DNA of 64,000 nt from Spirochaetia bacterium (GCA_963675665.1 OY776510.1:384001-448000); one strand, 5' to 3'; shown: positions 50,511 through 60,405, counted from the first letter of the stretch. A program made the numbers and translations. Notes: generated from the letters alone by a model not told the origin.

Positions 50511-51408
50511 TCTTCAGGTTATTGATTAATTCCTTTTTATAATCTTCAAACGCCTGAAGAATAATCGGATCTTCAGGGTCCTTTTCATATGTAAAGTAGC
50601 GCATACTGTTTGAAACAGATTTCAGCTTTTTTAATCTGAACGACAGTTCGAGCCTTCCGACCCTGTTGCCTTCCTCACCGGGAGAAGCAATCACCCGCTG
50701 TCCGTCGATATTCTCATAAAGTATCTGATCATGCGCCGACAGGATCGCGTCCCATCCGGTTTGATCAGCAAATATTTCCTTTGAAGCATCAAGATTCCCA
50801 TGATAAACCAGCAGCTTGTAATGCGCGCCGCCGTCGACCAGAGCCTTGTATGCCTGCACAGCCGAATCGACCGGTGAAAAAACACTGACCCTTGATTTGA
50901 CGTCCTCCGGATAAAAGAAAAACACACCTGGATCTATTACTGCTGCAATTCCGATTTTAATTCCTTTCCTCTCAATGATTAAAGGCTTTTGATTGACCGG
51001 TTTACCGTCTATTTTTACGTTGTCCGCTATAAACGCAATCTCCCCTGATATGGATTTAAAAAAATCGACGCCTGATCCCAGCTCCTGATCGCCGAGAGCC
51101 GCCGCATCATAACCAAGCCCGGAATACAATTCCACAAGCTTGGCGCTTAGAAGCTTGTCTGTGCGGGCATCGTTAAAATCACCGAGATCTATTATCACTG
51201 ACGATTCCGGATCAAGTCCGCGTATATATGCTGCAGTAGTGGACAGCCCGGCTTTTGGCACTCCCTTACACTCACAGCCTATAAGGTTTCCATTGAGTGA
51301 TGCTGTATAGTAAATGGAAACATCCGTATCGGCAAATATGCCTGCTGATGATAAAACGGTTAAAGTCAGAACGGCAAGCAGCAGTCTGAAAGCAACCGGT
51401 TTAGCCAT
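50497..51408 (-). CDS. Secreted UshA/5'-nucleotidase N-terminal-like protein with CxC motif
   Basis: YTASLNGNLIGCEC..AGL, DLGD, LGYDAAALGDQE, G..VGRLEL. Confidence 0.7.
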   Translation of the reverse strand: MAKPVAFRLLLAVLTLTVLSSAGIFADTDVSIYYTASLNGNLIGCECKGVPKAGLSTTAAYIRGLDPESSVIIDLGDFNDARTDKLLSAKLVELYSGLGYDAAALGDQELGSGVDFFKSISGEIAFIADNVKIDGKPVNQKPLIIERKGIKIGIAAVIDPGVFFFYPEDVKSRVSVFSPVDSAVQAYKALVDGGAHYKLLVYHGNLDASKEIFADQTGWDAILSAHDQILYENIDGQRVIASPGEEGNRVGRLELSFRLKKLKSVSNSMRYFTYEKDPEDPIILQAFEDYKKELINNLKNGKN

Positions 51409-51910
51409 TAAATGCTCCTGAAAGAATTTGCCTTATGTTATCGATATCTTCTTCATGGTACCCGACTGTTTTAAAGGCTATTTTACCGTCAGGATTAACC
51501 AGAAACATTGTCGGAAGCGCTTCAACGCCGAATGCTCCGGAGGCTTTCTGATATTTATCTATCAGGATCTGCACCGGTGTGGGTCTGTCTGCAAAAAACG
51601 GAACTACCACATCAAGCCCTTCATTGTCGGTGGCCATAAGAAAAACGTCGAAATCCCTGTCTGCAAATTCGTTGTAAAGCTCTTCGACATGAGGAAGTTC
51701 TTCATTACAGTTCTCACACCAGGTTGCATAAAAATCTATCAGCAGCCACCCGGTTCCATAGGTTTTCTTTGAAAAAACATAGTTTTTCCCGATATCCGTA
51801 AGTACAAACGCCGGAGCATCATCTCCTTCTTCTACAGCAAAGACCTGTACCGAAAAAATCATACTCATCAGCAGTACAATCAGAATTATTGCAGCAATTT
51901 TATTTTTCAC
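51401..51910 (-). CDS. TlpA-type thiol:disulfide oxidoreductase
   Basis: Signal peptide; DFYATWCENCNEELP; ALPTMFLVNPDG. Confidence 0.9.
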   Translation of the reverse strand: MKNKIAAIILIVLLMSMIFSVQVFAVEEGDDAPAFVLTDIGKNYVFSKKTYGTGWLLIDFYATWCENCNEELPHVEELYNEFADRDFDVFLMATDNEGLDVVVPFFADRPTPVQILIDKYQKASGAFGVEALPTMFLVNPDGKIAFKTVGYHEEDIDNIRQILSGAFNG

Positions 51911-51965
51911 AGCCCACCTTCCTGAAAATTGATATTATAAAGGATAACACCTTTGGAGTGCGGAA

Positions 51966-52433
51966 TCAATCCGCTTTGCATATTATCAGTTCCCAAACAA
52001 TGGAATCTTCTGTTTCAAGGTGCATATGAAAACCAAACCGTTTATGTAGACGTATTGAAGCCTCATTATTCCTGAAGCTTCGGCTTAAAAGTCTGTATAG
52101 CTTCCTTCTGCGGCAATCCTTAATCAGATCATCCATCATTAACGTTCCCAGGCCCTGTTTCTGTTTTGAAGGCAGAACCGCTATATCATAAATATGCGCT
52201 GTTTCAGTAATACGGGCATCACGCGGCCAAAGGGAATAACGGTAGAAACCTGCTATAACATCTCCGTCAAAAAGGTATTTAACACGGTCTTTATCGGTAT
52301 TGTGACTATCAATCATATCCGCAATCTTTTCAGAATCTGTTTTCTCACCGAATTCCCGCGGCCATTCAGCATTAATTAAATCAATTATTTCCGAGTAGTC
52401 CGGCAATCCTTCAATTTCTTTAAACATCATCAT
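51966..52433 (-). CDS. GNAT family N-acetyltransferase
   Basis: IAVLPSKQKQGLGT, NEASIRLHKRFGF. Confidence 0.88.
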   Translation of the reverse strand: MMMFKEIEGLPDYSEIIDLINAEWPREFGEKTDSEKIADMIDSHNTDKDRVKYLFDGDVIAGFYRYSLWPRDARITETAHIYDIAVLPSKQKQGLGTLMMDDLIKDCRRRKLYRLLSRSFRNNEASIRLHKRFGFHMHLETEDSIVWELIICKAD

Positions 52434-52453
52434 TTATAATGCCCCCGATCATT

Positions 52454-53317
52454 TCATATAAGCAGCCTTGTTGAGTCTTCCGGACTGTCAAGCGGTATTC
52501 TGATTACAGATAGCTCATCACCGTCATGCGCTCCGTTAATACATACGGTCCGGCCTATTTTCTGCATCCAGCTTCCGCTCAATCCTGCAGATTCATGCAC
52601 ATGCCCGTGTAAAGTCAGAAGCGGCTGACGCTCCTCAATAAAACGGTAAATTGCAATACTTCCAAGATGCTCATCGACCGGGACATGATCTACAACTGCG
52701 GCCCCTACATCGCCCAGATCCAGATCCGTACTGTAGGGCGGTGCGTGAAACAGAAACACTGCCTTATCAAGCTGTTCATCAGCAGTCAAATCATCAATAT
52801 CATCTTTTATTGTAGTCCACTTCTGTTCATGCTCGCTGGCCGGAAAAGATCGCCGGCCTTCTTCGGGACTGATGCATCCGACATCGATATATCTGGAAAC
52901 ATCATACCGTTCCCAGTCTTTCAGCATAAAAGGCGTCGGCGGTACATAGTTATAACCGTAAAAGGAATAGCTTTCCGCCAGCACTTTACGCTGATGGATA
53001 TATGTCCACAGTCCGTTTGCGCCGCCGGAAACCAGGGCTGATTCAAAATATTTCGGATCATCGTTTCCCATAATAATTAATGTTTCCGGATATTTTTTGC
53101 CGAGACGATTTTTTAAATCAGTAAAGTTTTTCACGAGGAATCCGTTTATAAAATCACTACCTCCGGGAACCGCAGAATCCGTCGCGGGCATAAAAGGCGA
53201 AAGGAGATCTCCTCCGACAAGAAGAATGTCCGGAGGGTTGCCGAGTAAATATTCAAACAGGGAAAGGTACCTTTCTTTTTTTCCGTGAAGATCCGTAACA
53301 AAAACAGCATCAGGCAT
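52454..53317 (-). CDS. Calcineurin-like metallophosphoesterase (Icc-related)
   Basis: TDLHG, GGDL, MGNDD, FHAPP, LHGHVHE. Confidence 0.9.
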   Translation of the reverse strand: MPDAVFVTDLHGKKERYLSLFEYLLGNPPDILLVGGDLLSPFMPATDSAVPGGSDFINGFLVKNFTDLKNRLGKKYPETLIIMGNDDPKYFESALVSGGANGLWTYIHQRKVLAESYSFYGYNYVPPTPFMLKDWERYDVSRYIDVGCISPEEGRRSFPASEHEQKWTTIKDDIDDLTADEQLDKAVFLFHAPPYSTDLDLGDVGAAVVDHVPVDEHLGSIAIYRFIEERQPLLTLHGHVHESAGLSGSWMQKIGRTVCINGAHDGDELSVIRIPLDSPEDSTRLLI

Positions 53318-56300
53318 TTTCAGATCCTAATTTAAGTTCTCTTGCGGCATCGGTAACTGCATTTATTTTTACCGCAATACTGGTTCGTTTTTCAATATCC
53401 GAATCTGTAAGATAATGAACATCGAGTAATTCTTCAGTTTTATAACCGGTCCGCAGATAATTAATCCTGCCCAAAGCCCGGCTCCAGCCGTCAAGCCACA
53501 GGGCAAGCGCTTCCTTTTTCCCGGCGTCATCACCAATATGAATTATCAAATCAATATCGCTCATCGGTCCGGCGGTTGCATTCTTTGTGCTGCCGAAGAG
53601 ATAAAAGGCCTTCACCCCGAAGAACCCGGCATCCAGCGATTCCGCAATAGTTTCCGCCATTGAATAGCGCCAGCTCCAGTAATCTTCATGTGTTTCGTTG
53701 TTATGGGAATATATATCAATTTGTTTACCGGAAGAAGAGGGATCGGAAAAAATGGCGATCGCCTCATTAATCTCCTCGTTCATAAGAACCTTCAAGACCT
53801 TTCCTTCTGTTTCTTTTCTGATATCGGTTACGAAAATAACACGGGAGAGCTCCGAAAAGTCCGGAAGTATCTCAGTAAGTATATTCTTTGAACGCGTTAA
53901 AAATGCATCTTTCATCAATATTCCGGGATCGTCGGGATACAAAGGAAGATATTTTATTTCGGCCTCAACAAGATCCTGAAAAAAATGAGTTCCGAAAGAG
54001 ACTTCGGGAAGATAATCCCCTTTTTTCCTGGCAATCTCAATCAGCATGGCGGTATTATTAATATCCGAGTAATTAACCCTTACTCCCAGTTTAATATCTC
54101 CGCGGCTTCCCCAACGCCCCGGCCCCATAAGAATAAAACGGCGTTTCGGAAGAATTGAATTCAGCCTGCCGACAGCGGCCCCCACGCGTTCCAGCTGTTC
54201 AAACGACGGTAAATCATTGTAGGCCTCAGGATCTATATAAACAATATAGTCGATATTATCAACAAGCCCGTTTGCAATATGCTTCTTCGCTGTAAAAAGA
54301 ACCTGGTTCTCGTTTATATCCTTGGGAATGGGCTGAGGAAGGCTTTCCCGAACCCCGGCCTGGGGCCTGCACTGGAGAAGAAAAAGCCGGCCGCCGCTGA
54401 AAGCGAATTCTATATCAACAATTGTATTTAAACGTTCTTTCAGTTCATCTATTATGGATTTTATTTTTTCAATAAGACCTGTATTTCGAATCAGCGGATC
54501 AAGAGTAAACACAAGATCATCATTCGCCGTATCAAGCTGAAATTTATTCCTGTTCTTGAAAATATCATCTTCAAATACAGAAAACAGAAGATCCATATCG
54601 GGATATGTAACCGGGTTGTTTCTCAGAAAATCTCTGACATTAACGGTTTCGAATATATTCGTACGCAGATTTATCACATCCATCATTCTGGGTGAATACC
54701 TTACAGCTTCGGACGGCAAAGGATTTACCTTCATCCCCGGATTTCCCGGGCAGATTAATACGGGATAATCATCGCTTAACCTGTCGACAGCCCGGGTTCC
54801 GAGACCGGGAACTATCCTGAGCAGACCGTCTTCCTTTGAAATCCTCGGGGACCAGCGATATTCATTACGGCCGAATCCTACGCCTGCAAAAGAAGGGAAA
54901 AAAAAGTCTCCCGCCTGTTCTCCGACAACCTCCTGAATAATAACAGCCATCTCCTCATGAAATTCAAGAAGACCATGCGCTTTTCGGTATTCAAGCGGAT
55001 CCGGGCCGAAAGTTGAAGCATATATTTCTGCTATAGCATCCAGTACAGCCGTAAGACGCTCCTCTCTGGATCCCTGATTGGCAAGAAAAAGACTTTTATA
55101 TTTACCCGAAAAAGCAGTTCCGTAACGGTCTTCCAGCAGGCTGGAACTTCTTACAATAACGGGTTTGTTTCCGAAGTCTTCCATAGCCATTGACAGTCCG
55201 TTGACAAAATCGATTGGAAAATTCGAGTTCTTGAAAACCTGTATCAGATTCGGATAATCCGCCCTGATTTCTTCTATATCCTTGTATTTCTGTTCAAGAG
55301 ATTCTTCAAGGTTATTATAATAAATAAATTTATGCATATAATCCGAAGATATATACCAGGTTTTCGGAATACTTACATCTATGCCCGCCTTTTTCAGAAA
55401 CTGCCCGGCAATAAACAGACCGGCGCTTTTGCCTCCAAGTTTTCCATGACTGTTATTAGGGTATATTGCGTGCTGCAGTACTGAATAAAAATCATTTACA
55501 TCAAGGTAATCTTTTGCTGATCTTATAAATTCCATCTGTTCAGTAAATACACGCTGTATAAAGAGCGCATTAATATTTGTTCTCGAATAACTGGAAATCT
55601 CAAAATGAGACTGGTTCAAATGATGAAATCTTGAAATGGCCGCGGCAATTCCCGATAACGGAGTATTGAAATTCTCCAGCGCACTGACAAGAAAGCCTGT
55701 TTTATCTTCTTTGATCCATTTATTCAGATATATTTTTATTTCGTCCTCAGACAAATTCTGGGATGCAATCTTGAAAATATGCTGATTAAATTTATCGTAC
55801 AGTTCAAAGTTAATTTTTAGAGACGGGATATTCACATCCTGAAGAACAGTAATATTTTCGCATTGTTTCTGAAGGCCCATACATCCGAGAACGCTCTGAG
55901 CTTCCCGGACGCCCAGCAGACACAGCCGGTTCAGCATACGTCTGGATATTTTCCTGAAAAGAATACTGTCCATTTTTTCCACCAGTTCAAGAATAACCAT
56001 CCAGTCCGGCTTTTTGTTGGCATCGATATCCTGCCTGGCTTTCTCCCACTGTTCAAGCGAAAACTGAAGATCCTGCTGAAAGAGAAAATTTTCAATTCTT
56101 TCGGCTATGGTATTAAGCAATTGCTGTTCTTCAGGAAGAAACGGACTTGACAACCGTGTTGAACCGTCGCTGAAGTGAACTTCTATGATACCGACCGGCT
56201 CGCCGCGAAGTATTAATTCCGCACTTTGGAACCATTTTGATGTCGAGAACCCGTCCGTCGTATAACTTTTATTTCTATAAACGATCCTTACTGAGCAGAA

Positions 56301-56474
56301 CGCCGGAAACTGCCACCCGGAAGGAATAATATCTATAAGCCTGGGGAACACATCCTCTATACTGAGCTGTTCCTTGTTGACAACTTCCTTGACTCTGTAA
56401 AGACATTGGAGCTCTTTTGCTCTTTCATTTAGATTCTGAATCAACGTATTCTCATCGAATGAATTACCGTTCAT
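53310..56474 (-). CDS. GAF-like + PPDK/PEP-synthase N-terminal ATP-grasp + nucleotidyltransferase multidomain protein
   Basis: ERAKELQCLY..PSGWQFP..PFLPEE; GKLGGKSAGL, VRSSSLLED, FSGKYKS, DIEFA, LQCRP; FGSTKNATAGPMSDIDL. Confidence 0.85.
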   Translation of the reverse strand: MNGNSFDENTLIQNLNERAKELQCLYRVKEVVNKEQLSIEDVFPRLIDIIPSGWQFPAFCSVRIVYRNKSYTTDGFSTSKWFQSAELILRGEPVGIIEVHFSDGSTRLSSPFLPEEQQLLNTIAERIENFLFQQDLQFSLEQWEKARQDIDANKKPDWMVILELVEKMDSILFRKISRRMLNRLCLLGVREAQSVLGCMGLQKQCENITVLQDVNIPSLKINFELYDKFNQHIFKIASQNLSEDEIKIYLNKWIKEDKTGFLVSALENFNTPLSGIAAAISRFHHLNQSHFEISSYSRTNINALFIQRVFTEQMEFIRSAKDYLDVNDFYSVLQHAIYPNNSHGKLGGKSAGLFIAGQFLKKAGIDVSIPKTWYISSDYMHKFIYYNNLEESLEQKYKDIEEIRADYPNLIQVFKNSNFPIDFVNGLSMAMEDFGNKPVIVRSSSLLEDRYGTAFSGKYKSLFLANQGSREERLTAVLDAIAEIYASTFGPDPLEYRKAHGLLEFHEEMAVIIQEVVGEQAGDFFFPSFAGVGFGRNEYRWSPRISKEDGLLRIVPGLGTRAVDRLSDDYPVLICPGNPGMKVNPLPSEAVRYSPRMMDVINLRTNIFETVNVRDFLRNNPVTYPDMDLLFSVFEDDIFKNRNKFQLDTANDDLVFTLDPLIRNTGLIEKIKSIIDELKERLNTIVDIEFAFSGGRLFLLQCRPQAGVRESLPQPIPKDINENQVLFTAKKHIANGLVDNIDYIVYIDPEAYNDLPSFEQLERVGAAVGRLNSILPKRRFILMGPGRWGSRGDIKLGVRVNYSDINNTAMLIEIARKKGDYLPEVSFGTHFFQDLVEAEIKYLPLYPDDPGILMKDAFLTRSKNILTEILPDFSELSRVIFVTDIRKETEGKVLKVLMNEEINEAIAIFSDPSSSGKQIDIYSHNNETHEDYWSWRYSMAETIAESLDAGFFGVKAFYLFGSTKNATAGPMSDIDLIIHIGDDAGKKEALALWLDGWSRALGRINYLRTGYKTEELLDVHYLTDSDIEKRTSIAVKINAVTDAARELKLGSENA

Positions 56475-58165
56475 AGTATAATAATTCCTTTCCGGGTATT
56501 TCCGTCTGCTATTATTTTAATACTTTTTTCAAATTTTATGTGCTTAAAAAACTTGCCTTCAAAAACAGTCTGTTGAGACTCCAGATAATTATAGTCTATA
56601 AAGCTGTCATTGTCCCGGCTGCAGGAATCTATCGAGAAATACACTGTGTCAGTATTCAGAATATTATGAAAAAAATGCGAACCCTGACTGAGTTCCGGAT
56701 TCATCTCCGGCAGCGTGGATTCGATGATTACGGAAGCCCCGGAAATCTGGGACCAGCTGACCGGAATTCCTAATGCCGGGTCCGAAGATCCCCAGCGGCC
56801 GAACCCGGACAAAATATATCTCTTGCCCTCAACAACCAGTTTCCGGTTGATTCTCTCAATTTCCAGCGGCATCTCGGCTGTTTTCAATGCGGAAAATCTT
56901 TGCGGATTTATATAGACAAAATCTTCAACATTTTCAATATATACGTTCCCCAGGGCATTATCGGTATAGGCAACCAGTTTACTCCTGTCGAAAGAAGATA
57001 TATCAGGGACAATACAGGTATTAAGTCTTTTCATGGGCCTTATTTGAAGAAAGGCGAAATCAGCCGTAGGTTTTTGAGGAAAATCAATATTGACGGCAAA
57101 TTCGATTTCTATTTCGGAACCTGTTTTTTCCCTGCATTTATCAAGAATATCCGTAACAAGTCTGTTTAAATTTATTATTTCGCCTTTAAGAATAGGTGAA
57201 AAATCAATTAGCTTGAAACCGGAGTCAAGAAAACCCATTTCCAGCCTGTCGGAGGACCTTGAATATGTCGAGCAGAGGCTGCTAATAATTTTACTTTCTT
57301 CAAGGCTTTTTACAGGCTGCAGCGACAAAAACTCTTTTTCATCAAGAGGCGACTCCTTATCCGGCGGTTTTAAATCAATTGCCCAGAAATCAGTCTGCCC
57401 GGCATCAAGAAGGTTTTTCAACGATGCGGGAGGCGGTGAAGCAGGTTTTTCAGGACTGTATATCCATTTTCGTCCGCCGTCAACAATTGTCTTTCCAAGT
57501 CCGGCCGCAAGTTCCACAATACCGCTTTCCGGCTTGCATCCGCTGAAAGGATAATAATTATATGAACGGCCGACGCCTGAAAATGCCGGATAAAAATATC
57601 TTCCGTATGATTTACCGTGAACCCTCTGGATAATGACCGCCATCCTTTCCATATCAATATCAATACCGGCTGATTTAAAACTGTCCCGGGAGGCTTCGAA
57701 CCAGACTGATGAATACACAAACTTTACAGCATTAATAAGCTGCAGAAACCTGACATCAGGGTCAGGATGATTATTGGGAATCATTTTTGTTGCAAACAAT
57801 CCGGCAAAAGGCCTGTTTAAAGAATCTTCGGTCAGACTGGAGGAACGTATTGCAAGAGGGCCTTTCCTGCCGTTTGAAATCTTTCTTACCTCTCCGATCA
57901 AAAACGGCGGAAAAGAAGCTTTGTTAAATAAAAGTGAAATCTGTTCATCTGTCTTGTTGTTTATGAGTTCAGATCTTAATTTATTTTCATTAATAAAAAG
58001 AGTAAATACATCAGAAAGAATGACTGTCATTTCGGGAACCCCGACAGAGATTCCGTGCCTGCCAACATCAGAAAAATATTCGTCTATCAGCGATTGTATC
58101 CTGATAAGGCCGGAACCTTTTCCTCCCGGAGCTCCGCTTCCAATAAATGATATTTTATTGTTCAT
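56471..58165 (-). CDS. PPDK/PEP-synthase N-terminal ATP-grasp protein
   Basis: GGKGSGL, IRSSSLTED, FAGLFAT, EIEFA, LQIRP, GRWGSSD, SQGSHFF; start ATG 58165. Confidence 0.85.
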   Translation of the reverse strand: MNNKISFIGSGAPGGKGSGLIRIQSLIDEYFSDVGRHGISVGVPEMTVILSDVFTLFINENKLRSELINNKTDEQISLLFNKASFPPFLIGEVRKISNGRKGPLAIRSSSLTEDSLNRPFAGLFATKMIPNNHPDPDVRFLQLINAVKFVYSSVWFEASRDSFKSAGIDIDMERMAVIIQRVHGKSYGRYFYPAFSGVGRSYNYYPFSGCKPESGIVELAAGLGKTIVDGGRKWIYSPEKPASPPPASLKNLLDAGQTDFWAIDLKPPDKESPLDEKEFLSLQPVKSLEESKIISSLCSTYSRSSDRLEMGFLDSGFKLIDFSPILKGEIINLNRLVTDILDKCREKTGSEIEIEFAVNIDFPQKPTADFAFLQIRPMKRLNTCIVPDISSFDRSKLVAYTDNALGNVYIENVEDFVYINPQRFSALKTAEMPLEIERINRKLVVEGKRYILSGFGRWGSSDPALGIPVSWSQISGASVIIESTLPEMNPELSQGSHFFHNILNTDTVYFSIDSCSRDNDSFIDYNYLESQQTVFEGKFFKHIKFEKSIKIIADGNTRKGIIIL

Positions 58166-58169
58166 AAAG

Positions 58170-58202
58170 ATAAAAACGCCGGATACCGGCACGGTATCCG
58201 GC
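58170..58202 (-). terminator. Terminator-like hairpin between gdh and ATP-grasp gene
   Basis: GCCGGATACCG-N3-CGGTATCCGGC followed by GTTTTTAT on the minus strand. Confidence 0.75.
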
Positions 58203-58209
58203 AATATTA

Positions 58210-59496
58210 TTAAGTCCAGCCACGCTGTTTACAGGCGTCGGCCACACGATTAACAGAAATTATGTATGCAGCATCTCTCATGTAAAGATTATTCTTTCCG
58301 GCAAGTTCCGAAACAGACATAAACGCTGAAGTCATCTTTAGATCAAGTTTACTTATCACCTCATCTTTTTCCCAGTAATAATTCATATTATTCTGTACCT
58401 GCTCAAAATAGCTGCATGTTACTCCCCCGGCATTTGCGAGAAAATCCGGAATTATAAATATTCCGCGCTCTTTTAAAATTTCATCTGCTTCAGGGGTCGT
58501 CGGACCGTTGGCCGCTTCGGCAATTATCTTTACACCTTTGCCTATTTTTCCAACAGTCTCTTTGGTTATCTGATTTTCAAGTGCCGCAGGAATAATAATA
58601 TCAACATCCTGCTCAATCCAGACATCCCCCGGAAGCACCTCATATCCCAGTGAAATTGCCTTTTCACGGTCTATACCTCCGAACCGGTCGGCTATTCCCC
58701 GAAGCTCTTCAAGGTTTATCCCGTCTTTCTTCCTGAATGAAAATGATTTCGACTCCTTTTGATCCCAGCAGGATACGCAAACAACAGTTCCGCCAAGCTG
58801 TTCATACAACTGTATTGCATACTGGGCAACATTGCCAAACCCCTGAATACTGGCGATTGTTTTTTCAGGCGACATATTAAGTTCCTTCAAGGCCTCTCGC
58901 AGGGTAAATATCACCCCGAAACCGGTTGCTTCAGTTCTTCCAAGGGACCCGCCGAGACCGACCGGTTTACCGGTAATTACACCGGGATATTTTGCTCCGG
59001 TTATGGCTTCGTACTCATCCAGCATCCAGATCATATGTTGGCCGTTAGTCATTACATCCGGCGCCGGAACATCGCGAACCGGCCCAAGCGCACCCGCAAG
59101 CTGTCTAATCCAGCCCCTGCAGATTCTTTCCTGTTCTCCTGCGCTAAGATGATGCGGATCACATATTACTCCGCCTTTGCTTCCGCCCAAAGGAATATCC
59201 ACTACGCTGCATTTCCAGGTCATCCACATGGATAAAGCTCTGACGGTGTCAATTGTTTCAAGCGGATGAAATCTGATTCCGCCTTTCCCCGGACCAAGCG
59301 CATCATTATGCTGACACCTGAATCCGTTGAAAACCTTAACACTCCCGTCATCCATTCTCACGGGGATATTTACATGATATTCCCGCATGGGAACCCTTAA
59401 AAGATCTCTTGTGCCCTGATCAAGCATAAGATATTCGGCAATATTGTCGAACTGCTGTTGTGCCATTTTAAACGCATTATAAGACTGGTCTTTCAT
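58210..59496 (-). CDS. gdhA: Glu/Leu/Phe/Val dehydrogenase (glutamate dehydrogenase)
   Basis: GPGKGGIRFHP, MTWKC, GGSKGG, DVPAPD, QGFGNV, EAANGPTT, NAGGVTCSYFE. Confidence 0.93.
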   Translation of the reverse strand: MKDQSYNAFKMAQQQFDNIAEYLMLDQGTRDLLRVPMREYHVNIPVRMDDGSVKVFNGFRCQHNDALGPGKGGIRFHPLETIDTVRALSMWMTWKCSVVDIPLGGSKGGVICDPHHLSAGEQERICRGWIRQLAGALGPVRDVPAPDVMTNGQHMIWMLDEYEAITGAKYPGVITGKPVGLGGSLGRTEATGFGVIFTLREALKELNMSPEKTIASIQGFGNVAQYAIQLYEQLGGTVVCVSCWDQKESKSFSFRKKDGINLEELRGIADRFGGIDREKAISLGYEVLPGDVWIEQDVDIIIPAALENQITKETVGKIGKGVKIIAEAANGPTTPEADEILKERGIFIIPDFLANAGGVTCSYFEQVQNNMNYYWEKDEVISKLDLKMTSAFMSVSELAGKNNLYMRDAAYIISVNRVADACKQRGWT

Positions 59497-59531
59497 TCTC
59501 TGCACCTCTGTATCAATGAAAATATAAATAG

Positions 59532-59560
59532 AGTTTGCGCCAACATTACACAGCTGTCAA
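59532..59560 (-). promoter_or_regulatory. Sigma70-type promoter of gdh
   Basis: TTGACA-17bp-CAAACT on minus strand. Confidence 0.5.
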
Positions 59561-59706
59561 TACGATTTCGGCTTTACCAGAGCCTTAACAGAACGCTATC
59601 ATCATTAAATTTAGAGCAAAACACGATATCCGTACGCAGAGAATATATAGATTATTAAATTTATTTGATAATGATTCAGAAGAAAGGTATTATATACTAT
59701 TTTCTA

Positions 59707-60405
59707 TTAATCTGCCGAACCGCAGATATACTCCGCATACTTATTTGGAACAAGAAGTGCTTTGCCGCCGTCAATTGTAACCCTGATCCCCTCGGTTTCA
59801 ACTGCGTCAACCATCATTCTGCGCCCCGGTCTGAGTTCATTTTCATAACAGAACTGGAGCAGACCTTCCTCGGCTTCCCCTTCTTCAGTTATCCTGACAA
59901 GCCGGACATTGCTGCTTTCAACTGCCTGACTGAGACGTGGCGCCGCAAGGATTTCATTTTCCAGGGGTGAACCGGGAAAAGGATTGCCGTGAGGACAGGT
60001 TTCCGGTCTGCCCAGTTTATCATGGAGAAAATATGCGAAATCATCAGATATTGCAGCCTGCAGCCTGGAAGCTTCCTCATCCGATTTAACCCAGTGATAA
60101 TCAAGCATTTTTATAAGAAGATGTTCAATCAGATAGTGTCTTTTCAGAAGCCTTGAGGCTGTTATTCTGCCTGAAGCCGTCAGATTTATCGAGCCGTATA
60201 GATCCTGCTCAATAAGGCTGTATCTTTTCAAACGATTCATGGCCTGTGTTACGGCGGGTTTCGATACTCCCAGACGAGCCGCTATTACCGAGTTTTTTAC
60301 AATACCGTAATCCCGGTTTGTGATAAATATTTCAATCAAGTACTCCGCCGCCGCCGGGAATTTCTTTGTTAATTCTTCCAAATCATAAACCTGATCTTTT
60401 CCCAT
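59707..60405 (-). CDS. DtxR/MntR family metal-dependent regulator with FeoA-like C-terminus
   Basis: IAARLGVSKPAVT, KRHYLIE, LGRPETCPHGNPFP; start ATG 60405. Confidence 0.92.
   Translation of the reverse strand: MGKDQVYDLEELTKKFPAAAEYLIEIFITNRDYGIVKNSVIAARLGVSKPAVTQAMNRLKRYSLIEQDLYGSINLTASGRITASRLLKRHYLIEHLLIKMLDYHWVKSDEEASRLQAAISDDFAYFLHDKLGRPETCPHGNPFPGSPLENEILAAPRLSQAVESSNVRLVRITEEGEAEEGLLQFCYENELRPGRRMMVDAVETEGIRVTIDGGKALLVPNKYAEYICGSAD

Noticed and set aside
50497-51408. Selenoprotein
   Set aside because: ORF is uninterrupted; both CxC positions are Cys codons.
53310-58165. Annotation as PEP synthase/PPDK
   Set aside because: Both proteins lack the C-terminal pyruvate-binding barrel and the canonical TSHAA motif.
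59528-59543. Possible sigma54 promoter upstream of gdh (TTGGCGC)
   Set aside because: No TTGC at -12; a sigma70-type arrangement fits better.
59664-59680. Fur-box-like GATAATGATT
   Set aside because: Only a half-site match within AT-rich sequence.
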